A stretch of 64,000 nt of DNA from NCBI GenBank assembly GCA_030390025.1, contig CM059432.1, forward strand, positions 48,920,001 through 48,984,000. Reading direction: 5' to 3'. The translations under genes and the position numbers were made by a program. Positions 38,487 to 51,497 of this stretch are shown here, piece by piece (position 1 is the stretch's first letter; every line of letters starts with the position of its first letter). The stretch comes from Squalus acanthias. Lineage: Eukaryota. Below the pieces are notes generated by a model that worked only from the letters and a program-made list of their open reading frames with translations, was not told where the DNA came from and searched no databases.

Positions 38487-39314
38487 AGCCAGCAATGTCT
38501 AACATTTGCACAATCTACTGTACTGTTTAACGCTCAGAGATGTGAATATGGACATTGTGTTGACCCTAGACTTCTCGGCTGAAATCCTTTAGGATTCCAA
38601 GAAAGTAATGGGATGTAATTTACAATGTGAATGCAATTCCTGAATTTTTCAATTATTCCTGCTTTCGTTTAACACCCTTTATACTTCCTTGGAAATCTGT
38701 TGAATGTTTGGTCTTTTTGGAACAGGAATGCTGATATGTCCTAACTGTGTCCGATGGATAAAAGACCAGAGCAAAGGAGCTGGTGGTTCGCTGAAATGTA
38801 TGAATTTTAATTCAAAATTAAATGAATAACTAGATGAACATAAAAGATAGAAAACGTGCATATATTGAAAAGTGTAGGGTTAATTAGAAAGCTCAATTTT
38901 GTAAAAATGCTTTGTAAGTTGTTTCTTTCAACAGTTATTATTGACCCAAGGCAGAGAGATTAATTTAGCAAATGTAGGCACCTGTGCCACATATTGAATT
39001 TATGCCCCCATTTACTTATGAGATTTGGATTGCACTTCACTCCAGTGGCTCACTTCCAAACCACAAGGGATAAACTCGATTGCATTTACCTCATGGCAAA
39101 AATATGTTTGCCATGCATTTTAGTATAAGTCAGATAATTTTCAATTTGACTTCTTCATGCCTTGTTGCATCTTTGTTGTATCCCGTGAAGGAGGCAGAGC
39201 AGAGACCCAGTTAATATCATGCTCAGATGCTAACAAATTAATTCCATTTATTTTAAGTGTAGAGTGTCACTTTAATACATCACTGCTCTGTGTTATTTTC
39301 TGCGCATCCATTAG

Positions 39315-40510
39315 CAAGCACTATAAAGAAGAATATGCTCCCCACCTCATCTACATGTTTCCCAGAGGCTGCCCATCCTTATCCTGGCTCAGCTGTCCCG
39401 AGACCTCATTATGCAGATCACCAGATTTCTCTGGGCAGGAAGGTAACCAAGGATAGCCTGAGATGGCTCCCATTCTCCAAAAAGGTGGGCTGAGTTGTCC
39501 AAACTTTCAGCACTACTGCTGGACAGCCCAATTCTAGTACGTTATTGCTGGGAGCAAGGCATCCTCAGAACCTTTGGCTTAGTATGGCGATAAATGCCAC
39601 CGTACCAGCACTGCTACACACTGTGCGCCTCGCAAGACCTCATTTAGTGACAAGTAGGCGCATAGAGGCACCTAATCGAATCCCTGACCCTGGCAATCTG
39701 GAGGGAAGCTTGTACCACGCTCAAGGTGCCACTAAGCCTGTCGGATCTCTCCCAACTATGGTGCAATGGTGACCTCCAGAAGATCTCCATGCCAGCAGCT
39801 TCAAGGAATAACATGTGAAGAGCATCACTGGGTTTGGCACACTGCTCCTCCAGCACTGGATTATGTTCTTCCAGTAGCTGGCCAATAAATTCCACATCAC
39901 CCAACATGACTACAGCTGCTACCCCCAGGTCCACCACTTCAACCAAGACTCTAGCATATTCTGTAAAACCCAACAAAAAATGACCTTGTTCAGACAGGGC
40001 TCAACAACAACCATGCCTCAGGTTTCGATACAACACTGTCCACCTCTGCTCCAGATGGCACAGAAAATCTATGTGTCACTTGGTACCCGACTAGAAGGAG
40101 ATGCTAAGGTTGGCCCTCATAATCTCCGCCTGCAGCAGAATGCTCCATTCCACATACCTCACCCTGCGCAAACTTAGAACATTCCACTCAATCCAGACAG
40201 TATCCTGCCCCACCCTCCAACCCTTTTTGTACCGACGTGCTGGAGGCCACTAAAGTAATAATGGACCAAACTATGCTCAACTATACTTGTGGTCATAAAT
40301 TATTGCAGCAACTCATCCCCAAAAGGCCCCAGCGCTTCCTGACCAAAGATGACCCAGACCTGTCACCAAGCACCTCTTACTCTATAGAACTGTGTAATTA
40401 TGTATACATTTACCTGCAAGTATTGCAAAATATGTACTGTAGCATGTACTCTGCATGAAACCATGTCCTGAAATCATGTAGATTTCTTGTATTAAAAATG
40501 AAATTATTAA
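39315..40510 (+). mobile_element. Ancient L1/Tx1-clade LINE ORF2 3' remnant
   Basis: Across frameshifts: IKKNMLP-LIYMF-RLPILI, FLWAGR*PRI, GLSCPNFQHYCWTAQ, YLT--KLRTFH--SCP; these resemble post-RT motifs of fish-type L1. A-rich end near 40500. Confidence 0.65.
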
Positions 40511-40789
40511 AAAGGAATTTAATATCTAAAACCTACACATTAATTGCTCAATCTTACCTTCTTGGAAACAGGTTTGAAAATATATTTTTTTCTAAAAAAC
40601 ATTATGATTTAAATCATATTGAACTTCTTGGGGGAGAAATTCCTTGCCTTCTTCGGTATAATTTTAGTGCATAATTGCGGCAAGTAACTTGGCAGCAAAG
40701 TTGGGGTGGGGGGGGGTGGGGAGAGAGCTAACACACAGTGCCAGTGCCACTTCCCTCCAGTTGGCACAACTGACATTTCTGGCAGGTTT

Positions 40790-42952
40790 CTGGAAAAACA
40801 ACTTAAAGGGTAAGGAAGTTGAAATGCAGTGGCGGACATTTAAGGAGATATTTCATAACTCTCAACAAAAATATATTCCAGTGAGAAAGAAAGATTTTAA
40901 GAGAAGGGAGCACCATCCATGGCTAACTAAGGAAGTAAAGGATGGTATCAAATAGAAAACAAAGGCATACAATGTTGCCAAGATTGGTGGGAGACCAGAG
41001 GATTGGGAAATTTTTAAAAACCTGCAAAGGATGACTAAAAAAATAATAAAGAGAGAGAAGATGAATTATGAGAGTCAGCTGGCAAGAAACATTAAAACAG
41101 ATAGTAAGAGCTTCTACAGGTATATAAAAAGGAAGAGGGTAGCTAATGTAAACGTTGGTCCCTTAGAGGATGAGACTGGGGAATTAATAATGGGGAACGG
41201 GGAAATGGCAGAGACTCTGAACAAATATTTTGCATCTGTCTTCACTGTAGAAGACACTAAGAACATCCTAATAATGGATAATCAAGGGGCCACAGGGACT
41301 GGGGAACTAAAGACAATGACTATCACTAAGGAAATAGTACTCAGTAAAATAATGGGACTAAAAGACGACAAGTCCCCTGGATCAAATGGCCTACATCCCA
41401 AGGTCTTAAAAGAAGTGGCTGCAGAGATAGTGGATGCATTGGTTGCAATATACCAAAATTCCCTGGACTCTGGAGAGGTCCCAGCGGGTTGGAAAACTGC
41501 TAATGTAACACCCTTATTTAAGAAAGGAGGGAGACAGAAAGCAGGAAACTATAGACCAATTAGCCTAACATCTGTCGTTGGGAAAATGCTGGAGTCCTTC
41601 ATTAAGGAAGCAGTAGCAGGGCATTTAGAAAAACATACTGCAGTCAAACAGAGTCAGCATGGTTTTAGGAAAGGGAAATCATGTTTAACAAATTTGCTGG
41701 AGTTCTTTGAGGATGTAACAAGCAGGGTGGACAAGGGTGAGCCAGTGGATGTGGTGTATTTGGATTTCCAGAAGGCATTTGATAAGGTGCCACATAAAAG
41801 GTTACTGCATAAGATAAGAGCTCATGGAGTTGGGGGTAATATATTAGCATGGATAGAGAATTGGCTAACTAACAGAAAGCAGAGAGTCGGGATAAATGGG
41901 TAATTTTCCGGTTGGCAAACGGTAACTAGTGGGGTGCCCACAAGGATCGGTGCTGAGGCCCCAACTATTTACAATCTACATTAATGACTTGGATGAAGGG
42001 ATCGAGTGTACTGTAGCCAAGTTTGCGGATGATACAAAGATGGGTGGGAAAGCAAGTTGTGCAGAGGACTCAAAGAATCTGCAAAGGGATATAGACAGGC
42101 TAGGTGAGTGGGCAAACATTTGGCAGATGGAGTATAATGTGGGAAAGTACGAGGTTATCCACTTTGGCAGGAAAAATAAAAAAGCAAACTATTATTTAAA
42201 TGGAGAGATATTACAAAATGCTACAGTTCAGAGGGACCTGGGGGTCATTGTGCATGAAACACAAAAAGTTAGCATGCAGGTAGAGCAAGTAATCAAAAAG
42301 GCAAATGGAATGTTGGCCTTTATTTCAAGGGGGTTGGAGTATAAAAGCAGGTAAGTCCTGCTACAACTGTACAAGGTATTGGTGAGACCACACTTTGAGT
42401 ACTGCGTACAGTTTTGGTCTCCTTATTTAAGGAAGGATATACTTGCATTGGAGGCAGTTCAGAGACGATTCACTAGGTTAATTCCAGAGATGAGGGGTTT
42501 GACTTATGAGGAAAGGTTGAGCAGGCTGGGCCTATACTCACTGGAATTTAGAAGAATGAGAGGTGATCTTATCGAAGCATATAAAATACTGAGGGGGCTC
42601 GACAGGGTAGATGCAGAGAGAATGTTTCCCCTCATGGGGAAATCTAGAACTTGGGGGCACAGTCTCAGAATAAAGGGTCGCCCTTTTAGAACTGAGATGA
42701 GGAGGAACTTCTTCTCTCAGAGGGTCGTAAATTTGTAGAATTCTCTGCCCCAGAGAGCTGTGGAGGCTGGGTCATTAAATACATTTAAAGTGGAGATAGA
42801 CAAATTTTTGCAAGATAAGGGAGTGAAGGGTTATGGGGAGCGGGCTGGGAAGTAGCTCTGAGCCCAAGATCAGCCATGATCTTATTGAATGGCGGAGCAG
42901 GCTTGAGGGGGCAAGTGGCCTATTCCTGCTCCTATTTCTTATGTTCTTATGT
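40790..42952 (+). mobile_element. CR1 LINE, 5'-truncated 2.16 kb, ORF2 with stops
   Basis: ORFs 40689, 41031, 41929 and 42379 (PWLT, NYRPISLTS, YLDFQKAFDKV, KFADDTK); TTCTTATG tail. Confidence 0.96.
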
Positions 42953-43059
42953 CTCCTGCTACGGACACCCAATGGTCTGTGTTTTCTGATGTCAATTTCC
43001 TTGAGCAAGATTTGCAGGTCTGTGAAATTGTGACATCTTTTCCTCTGCCTGTATGCCAC
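42953..43059 (-). pseudogene. Harbinger-type Myb/SANT-like gene remnant; continues at about 40720-40790 on the other side of the CR1
   Basis: RKRCHNFTDLQILLKEIDIRKHRPLG, then KPARNVSCANWREVALAL after the CR1, resembles the Myb/SANT-like (MSANTD-type) helix pattern F...E...L / W..VA. Confidence 0.5.
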
Positions 43060-43312
43060 GTCCTGCTACCTTGTTTGGGTGTGTGTGCCAGCTGCTCCTA
43101 TAGCAGACGTTATTGAAAAGTGACAGAAAAGGATTCATGAGACATGAAGCCATGACCCAGCACAGGTTGTGTATGACAATGATCCTTTCTTCACGTTCTA
43201 TCCTGATTCCTCTCATGAGCACTGACAAGCAAGCTGACATACATTGCATCCATGCCAGCTGCTGGCTGAGGGCAGCTTTACACTAAGTTTTTCAGAGTTC
43301 TTTCTCTTAATT

Positions 43313-43733
43313 TCAGAAGGTCGAGGGTTCAAGTCCCACTCCAAAGACTTGAACATTGACTCTCCAGTGCAGTACTGAGGGAGTGCAGCACTGTCGGAGG
43401 TGCCGTCTTTCGGATGAGACGTTAAACCATGGCCTCTCAGGTGGAGGTAAAAGATCCTATGGCACTATTTTGAAGTAGAGCAGGGGAGTTATTCCCGGTG
43501 TCCTAACCAATATTTATCCCTCAATCAACATCACTAAAAAAACAGATTATCTGGTCATTATCACATTGCTGTTTGTGGGAGCTTGCTGTGCACAAATTGG
43601 CTGCCACATTTCCGAAATTACAACAGTGACTGCACTTCAAAAAAAAGTACTTAATTGGCTGTAAAGCGCTTTGGGACGTCTGGTGGTCGTGAAAGGCACT
43701 ATATAAATGCAAGTCTTTCTAACTTCTTTCTTT
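43313..43733 (+). mobile_element. Deu-domain SINE (SacSINE1/AmnSINE-like), nearly full length
   Basis: B box GGTTCAAGTCCC, Deu core CAGTGCAGTACTGAGGGAGTGCAGCACTGTCGGAGGTGCCGTCTTTCGGATGAGACGTTAAACC, and an L2-like tail. Confidence 0.88.
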
Positions 43734-45999
43734 TAACAGTTGCCTCTTTCTGTCTCTGCAGCTACGGCAGAAGCTGAAGCAGGACCTTCCCATGAATAGT
43801 CACCCAGCATCTCACCTGGCACCATGTTATGGCATCTCAATCTGACAAGTGTCAGCACAGAGCCATCCACCCTAGGAGGATTTTGATAGTCAGATGGTCG
43901 GTACCATAGTGGGTGATGCAAACGCCAGAAGCAGGTGAAAGATGAACAAGAAGCACTTCACTGGGGTGGAGGAGGAGGTGAGTTCACCAGCCTCCCCAGA
44001 TGGTGAGGTCAAGCTTTTAAAAGAGGAGGTTTTCTGAATATGGTGAATGTACCAATGTAAAGCTGACTGACTGATGTTGCAGATATCATCAGTGGCTCCC
44101 TGTAATGACCCCGAGGCTGGTTACAGCGGGAGACCAGTAGAACCTTGAAGAATTCCAGGGTTACTGTTTGCTACTAACACGACCTCTCAGGCCATGTTTT
44201 AATCTGTACATTATAATGGATGAATGCAGTGATTGACGACAGACTTTGCAACTTTAAAACACTAAAGTAAATGGACAAATATATCTGATTTTCAGCTTTT
44301 CATGGGAAAGACTGGTAATCTTCAATATTATAGACTCTCACATTAGTGTACTTCAAACTGCATTTTGGACAATTATATTATACTTATAACAACAAACCAG
44401 GCCAGAAGTTTATTGCAAATGTTCAGCTCAACATTGATGATGTATAGCACAGTGAGTGGCCCTACAAACGGCAGAGTGTGACCTTGCCTTTGCCAGAGTT
44501 CTGCATGTACTGAAGGATGATAGAGAGCATTTCATTAAAATGTTGGGTAATTTTACATTGTTGATGAAACTCTACACTTTCTTGATTAATGACACAATTA
44601 AAACAAAAGACTGCAGTCGATTTTCATCTGCCTATCATCTCAGTCACGCTGAAAATTGGCGTGGATTGCAGATGTAAATCTAAAAATTGTCTCCCGCCCG
44701 TTGGCCGCCTGACTTGATTTTCGAGCAGGCTTTGAAATGGGCGACCAATGCTCCCGCCCAAAAACAAGCAAAAGAAAATCGTCCCCAGTCTTTTGTTTGT
44801 GATAAGTTCACTCACTTATTGTTAGGCTGTGCTTTTGAAATTGATGTGTTTCTGTGAAACTGACGTGCTCAGTGTAGTTTTTTTTTAAAAGATCCATCAT
44901 TAGTCAAGAAACCACGCAACTGCCCTCCCTTGTTAACCATTTCCCAGCATTGAAAATATGACACTTAAACCAATTTTTTTTTTTCAGTCGTTAAAAGAAA
45001 GAATTTTAAAAATAGGCCGCTTGTAAAAGACTTGGGAAGAAGCGAGGTTATCAGTGAAAACTGAATCTTATAAATCTTAACTATAAATCTAGGTCTGCAG
45101 AATAAAGAACATATGAACAAGCTTTTAAAACCAGCTGTTCATCTTTGTCACTATACTGTGTCTCACTGATGATCTCTGATCTCGACATCTTCAATCTGCT
45201 GATTTCAATATTTAAATTGGGATCCTACACCAGAATGTAGAAGCCCGATGCCATTCTTGTGTACCAATGAGTGGTGCATGTGCCATGCATGCTCTGCCCA
45301 TTGGTACTAGGCGTTGAGTGGCCTAACCAGCAGTCCATAAAGGGACCGCTGCAGACTGCTGACAAAACAACACATGCTCATTTAAAAAAAAAAGATTTTT
45401 GTCGGCCCTCCTGGCCCCACAAAAATCTTCCAGGCCTCGGCCGGCCCGTCTACAATCACCCCCCACCCCCTCCCCTCCGATTGCCTCCTCCCTCCTTAAC
45501 TCCTTATTTCCGGCTCAGCTCCTTCGAGGAGCCATCTAATTTCCCGGCCCCGAACCGGCGGAATGCCCGTGAACGCTGCTTCACCACTTGCAGCTTGCCG
45601 GCATTATGAAAATGAGGCCTATCCATGAAAATTGGTCAGGTCGCGAGCTCACACCGCCCGCACCCCGCCTGATAGAATTGGTCACCTGAAAATTGCCTCC
45701 ACTGAATCTGCCTATTTTAAAACAAGTGTTTGCCACACTGTACCACAACAGTGAAATCCAAAAATTGCTTACATTTAGAAGTTTACCTTTTTAGCAGTAG
45801 AATGCCTGAATTTGTATGGAAAAAGTAAAAGACAAAAAACCCATTGAAGCCCACCCAAAGATAAAACACTGAACCCAGGCCCAAAATAAAATACCGAACC
45901 CAGACCCAAAATGAAAGCGATATCTGCAAGGTCTATTTATAGTTGATGAAAGGGCTGGTGTGGGTTAATGCAATATTTTCACCTATGGATGGCAGTCGA

Positions 46000-48200
46000 G
46001 GCTAATGGGATGAAAAGTCTTTCCTATCTACTGGTTCATAAGATAAGTTAGTTCAGCCATCCAGAGAGATCGTAATGCCCTCTCCCCCCAATGTAGCATC
46101 CAATTGTTTCTTATATGATTCCAGAATTTTTGCCTCTACTACTTTATCTAAAAGTTTATTCCACATGTTGATTACTCCTTGTATGAAGAATTTCTTGATA
46201 TCAGTCCTAAAATTATCTTTTACTGCTGTTTCCCCTTGTCCTCCTCCAACAGTTTAATTTGAAGTCATATTTCAGGTTACCTTTTTCTATGCCCTTAATA
46301 ATCTTATACACCTCCATAAAATAGCCTCTCAGATGCCTCCTTTCCAGGCTGAAAAGGTGAATCTATGCGCGGTGTTCTCCCGCTTATCCACCCTAACTTT
46401 GGTGGAAGAACTGCATAAACTCCGGAGAAAACAAGGTTAACGCCATTTACGTCATTTTTCCACGGATTCCCGGTTCTTCCGCCGAAGTTACAGCAGACCA
46501 GCAGGAGATCTCCTGTGGAAATTCAGCTGTTTCTCCAGCCTTTCTTCATAATTCAGGCCCCTGCACTGGAGAACAGCTGAATAGCTCTTCTCTAAATTGC
46601 CTCCAGTGCTTAAATGTCTCTTGTTTCTTGATGACCAGAACTTGATGCAATATGAAAGGTACGGTCTGACCAGGGCATTGATCGATACCTCCTCTGATTT
46701 GTATTCTACTGTTTTGGCTATTTATTGACATTGTTCATTGCTGCTTTGCATTTATTGGACTTGTTTAGCATTGAATCTACTAAGGCTCCTATATCTCTTT
46801 CAGTTTCATGCTTAGCTATTTCAACACCATTCATGGGATACGCATGTCATCTATTTCTCCTTTCTATGTGTAGCACTTTAGAGGGAGAAATACCCCTCGA
46901 GCCCCGTTTGGGGCGCTAAATCAGAAAAGCTGGAAAAGTTAGCACCAGGCGCTAACCTATTCCAGCCTCTCTGAAATTCCCATTTTTTGTTCCAAGAGGG
47001 AAGTGGAGCGCTAAATCAAGTGCGGCACTTCCTTCTTGGAGCGCAAGAGGAGGGGAAGTTCATGACCCGGGGCGCACCCCGGGCGATGTGCTCAGCAGCG
47101 CCATGCGTGGCCAAGCGTGGCGCTGCCGTGATGCAGGGGCTCTTTCCTGAATTAAAGGGAAGGACCCCACGCTGCGAACTCTGCAGTTTTTAAAAAACGT
47201 ACCTGGACCACTGGGGAGCAGGGATGCCGCACGATCAGCCCGGTACTCAGGCAGAATCTGACTTATTTTCTAGGGCGGCCGGCCACCTCACCTTTAATTT
47301 CCACCCTGCTAACGGCGGACGCCCTGCTCGCGTCTCCTGCAGCAGCCGCTGCCATCGCCCGGCGCTGCTGCAGGGGGCGAAGGGGAATTTTTGTGCCGGG
47401 GCGCTATGCTCGGAGATAACGTCATGATCTCCGGACTCATGAGATCAGTGCGCAACCCGCTAACTTCTTGCGGAATTTGGCGGAAGGCACGGTCAGCGCC
47501 GCGCCTGGGCGAAAAGGCCTTTGCGCCCCATTAGCGCCCCCCACGGGCGGCGCAAAGGAGGGGAATTTCTCCCCCTTACACTTTACTGCATTAAATTTCA
47601 TCTGCCATTGTTCTGCTCACTTACATATTTTGTCTAACTCATTCTGTAATTTCTGAGCTATCTCTTCTGATTCCACTGCCCGTCCTAGTTTGATATCAGC
47701 AAATTTGACCATTTTGCATTGAGTTTCTAAATCCAGGTCATTTATGTAAAAGTGGTTTCAGCACCGATCCCTGAGGCACCTCACTCAGTACTTTCCCCCC
47801 CACCACCCCCCCTCCCCAATCTGACAGAACTCCTCTCTCATTGTTTCCTATCTTTCAGACAGTTTCTTATCCATTCTCAGGGTTTACCCTGAATCCTCAC
47901 AGCTTTGAGTTTAATTAATAGTCTTTCATATGTAACTTTACCAAAAGTGTTTCGAAGTCAAAGAACACTGTGCCATAGGGCTTCGCTCAGTCCACTTGGG
48001 TTGTCACTTCTTCAAAGAAGTCGAGTAGGTTGGCCAGGCAAGATCTTCCCTTCTGAGTTCATGCTGAATACTGATAACTGGGTTATTATTGTACAGATGA
48101 TCCTCAAATTTACCCTTGATCATTGATTCCATTATTTTACATGGAATGGAAGTACGATTAATGAGTCTCTAGCTGCTTGTGCCTGTTTTGTCGCCCTTTT
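46000..48200 (-). mobile_element. Old CR1 LINE fragment interrupted by two MITEs
   Basis: Reverse-strand relics of WQMKFN (AAATTTCATCTGCCA), VPQGSVL (GCACCGATCCCTGAGGCAC) and LVRP...W (ACCAGAACT...GGTCTGACCAGGG). Confidence 0.75.
46881..47575. mobile_element. PIF/Harbinger MITE
   Basis: TIRs GAGGGAGAAATACCCCTC / GAGGGGAATTTCTCCCCC and a TTA TSD (46878-46880 and 47576-47578); CpG-rich. Confidence 0.88.
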
Positions 48201-48324
48201 TTAACATCGGCACTCCTGGTCAGGAAGATTCCTGGTCTGTGTTAACTGAACTTTAGTGGGATGAGGGTAGGGGAGCTACAACTGGCCTCAGTCCTCTGGG
48301 TAAGGAAGGGAAAACATCAGCTAC

Positions 48325-49911
48325 ATAAAAAATTGGAGCAGGAGTAGGCCATTTGGCCCTTCGAGCCTGCTCTGTCATTCAATAAGATCATGGCTGATCT
48401 TCTACCTCAACCCCACCTTCATGCACTATCCCCATATCCTTTGCTTCCCTTAATATCCAAAAATCTATTAATCTCTGTCTTGAATATACTTAACGACTGA
48501 GCATCCACAGCCCTCTGGGGTAGAGAATTCCAAAGATTTACAACCCTTTGCTTGATGAAGTTTCTTCTCATCTCAGTCCTAAATGGCCGACCCCTTATTC
48601 TGAGACTGTGATCCCTAGTTCTAGGTTCCCCAGCCAGGGGAAACATCCTCCCAGCTTCTACCCTGTTAATCCCTGTAAGAATTTTATGTGTTTCAATGAG
48701 ATCACCTCTCATTCTTCTAAATTCTAGGGAATATAGGCCTAGTCTCCTTAATCTCACCTCATAGGACAATCCCCCCCATCCCAGGAATCGGTCTGGTGAA
48801 CCTTCGTTGCACTCTCTCCAAGGCAAGTTTATCCTTCTTTAGGTAAGGAGACCAAAACTGTACACAGTACTCCAGGTGTGGTCTCACCAAGGCCCTATAT
48901 AATTGCAGTAAGACTTCTTTACTCTTATACTCCAATCCTTTTGTAATAAAGGCTAACATACCATTTGCTTTCCTAATTGCTTGCTATACCTGCATATTAA
49001 CTCTCAGTGATTCATGTACAAGGACACCCAGGTTCCTCTGATTACCAACGTTTCCCAATCTCTCACCATTTAAAAAATATTCTGCTTTCCTATTTTTCCT
49101 ACCAAAGTGGATAACTTCACATTTCTCCACATTATATTCCATCTGCCATGTTCTTGACACTCACTATATCCTTTTGCAGCCTCTTTGCATCCTCCTCACA
49201 ACTGACTTTCCCACCTTGCTTTGTATCATCAGCAAACTTGGTACATTACACTTGGTGGCCTCATCTAAGTCATTGATAAAGATTGTAAATAGCTGAGGCC
49301 CAAGCATTGATCCTTGCGGTACCCCACCAGCTACAGCCTGCCAACCCTAAATTGATCTGTTTATTCCTACTCTCTACTTTCTGTCCGTGAACCAGTCCTC
49401 AATTCATGCTAATATATTACCCTCTATCCCATGAGCTCTAATTTTGTGTAATAACCTCTTGTGTGGCATCTTATTGAATGCTTTCTGAAAATCCAAATAC
49501 ACTACATCCACTGGTTCCCCCTTATCTACCCTACTAGTTACAACCTCAAAAAACTTTGGCAAACATGATTTCCCTGACATAAATCCGTGTTGACTCTGCC
49601 CAAACATATTATGATTTTCTAAGCGTCCTGTGACCACGTCCCTAATAATAGATTCTTAGCATTTTTCCTACCACTGATGTCAGACTAACTGGTCTATAGA
49701 TCCCTGTTTTCTCTCTCTCTCCTTTCTTAAATAGTGGGGTTACGTTTGCTCCCTTCCAACCCTCAGGGACCATTCTAGAATCTAGGGAATTCTGGAAGAT
49801 CAAAACCAATGCATTCACTATCTCTGTAGCCACCTCTTTTAGAACCCTAGGATGTAGGCCATCAGGTCCAGGAGATTTATCAACTTTAAGTCCCATTAAT
49901 TTCTCCAGTAC
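48325..49911 (-). mobile_element. CR1 LINE, 5'-truncated, inserted into an older SINE-like repeat
   Basis: Minus-strand ORFs 49642, 49404, 48759 and 48419 carry RT motifs; 10-bp TSD CATCAGCTAC at 48315-48324 and 49912-49921. Confidence 0.95.
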
Positions 49912-50109
49912 CATCAGCTACTCATGATCACTAGTCAGTGATCCCTTTTAAGAAGTGTGTGCATGTTGGATGTTGACTGCATCGAGTTCAACTATGTTGC
50001 CCATGTAGTTGAATAATCTGTCTTCTAGGCTCACATATGTGCTGAAGTGCAGCTCCCCACTATTACCTACATGAGTTATCATCTTTAGTAAAGGGGTAAG
50101 AAAAATATT

Positions 50110-50872
50110 GGCTCGGATTTTGCGGTCGACGGCGTAATTAAGGATTACGCCACCGGCATTCGAACAGAATGCGCAATTACCTGATGGGGACCCTCCTTCA
50201 AGAACTTGCTGGCAGATGCTGTATATTAGAGGGCAGTGTAGTGGCCCACAAATCCCAGGGGCATACCGTGTATGGAAGCGTACCTGGGATAACGTGGGCT
50301 GGTGCTCCAATCAGGAAACAGAAGGTCTCTCATTCACCCCAAGTCTCTCACTCACGAGCCAACCAAATTTTTAGCATGCAAAATTACTTATATGTAAATG
50401 CTTGCAACATTCAAGTAAAATGCAGCAACTTTGTATTCGCCTCCAAAAATAAAAATAGAGGATATATGCCAGGCTACAGTGGAATGTTATTTTGTATATT
50501 GTTAAAAATTTTTGGAAGCGTTTTGTACTCTGATGGGGGCTGACGGTAAGTTTGAAAGATTGCATTGTAGTTTAAGCTTGGATTTCCAAAAGGTTATCCC
50601 TTTACGCTGTGCAAACAGGCTGCTGCGCCTGTTTGCACCAGCCATAAAATTTGCAGGCATAATTGCTGGGCAGTTAGTGGGCAATTAGCCCAAGTCTGTG
50701 CCAGCAATTAGGATTTCCATGTCAGTGTGGATCATCTGTCAAGTCGGAACTTGACAGATCGCAAATTTGGAATTTAGCGCATGTGCTTGTCCCAAACTTG
50801 CTGTCCATTTCAAATGCAGTATGACAGCGTACTCTGAGAGTACGCCATCATACTGACCGCAAAATCCGGGCC
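50110..50872. mobile_element. Non-autonomous TIR element (Harbinger-like)
   Basis: 18-bp TIRs GGCTCGGATTTTGCGGTC / GACCGCAAAATCCGGGCC with one mismatch; the TSD is imperfect (ATT/ATC). Confidence 0.7.
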
Positions 50873-51497
50873 ATCGTGTAAAGGGAAGGTGTGATAATAG
50901 CAGTGTATCAAGAATGTGTCTTTTGCTGTCATCAGCTGTGATTTGTTCCTAGCGCAATCATGTTTTGCCCTCTGCCTTGTTTACGAAAAACAAAAGTAGG
51001 GGCGAGTCTCCAATCTGGTGTTTCCAGCAGGAAGCAACGATTGTGGGTAACAGCGCTCGTAAGGAGTGTTTCTCAGAAAATTGCCAGTGTGCAGCCGGCG
51101 ATTTTCCATTATCAGCAAAAATTCATGGGCAACACGCCTGCGATTTCCCAAGATGTATTCCCTGCTAGTGTTGCTCCCCACTGACAGTACTCGATCGCGG
51201 AATCACTCCTAGTAAGTACTGGCAAGATACTTGACTGTGATGACCCTATGGACGTGCCTCCGAATGCTCAGGTTCAGATTCTAGTTCCAGGTTTGAGCAT
51301 AAAAAGGTACTAATTTAAGGCTCAATGCTAGTCCAAATTAAAGGTATGCTTCAAAAGAAAACAAGGTGTAATTTCCTGCTAGTGCCAATGTTACGAATCC
51401 AATGTTTGTGTCAAAGAAGGAGGGTAGATAATTTAGGAGAGAGATTTTCACTGGACTGTAAGAAAAGAGACTGCTTATTTTAGCTCTAATACATATT

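Noticed and set aside
43735..44170. Possible further Harbinger Myb-gene remnant (DGEVKLLKEEV)
   Set aside because: Similarity too short and decayed to support; the same applies to 52820-53150.
46881..47575. CpG island promoter (also 57204-58104)
   Set aside because: The CpG-rich sequence is exactly bounded by TIRs and TTA TSDs, so it is transposon-derived.
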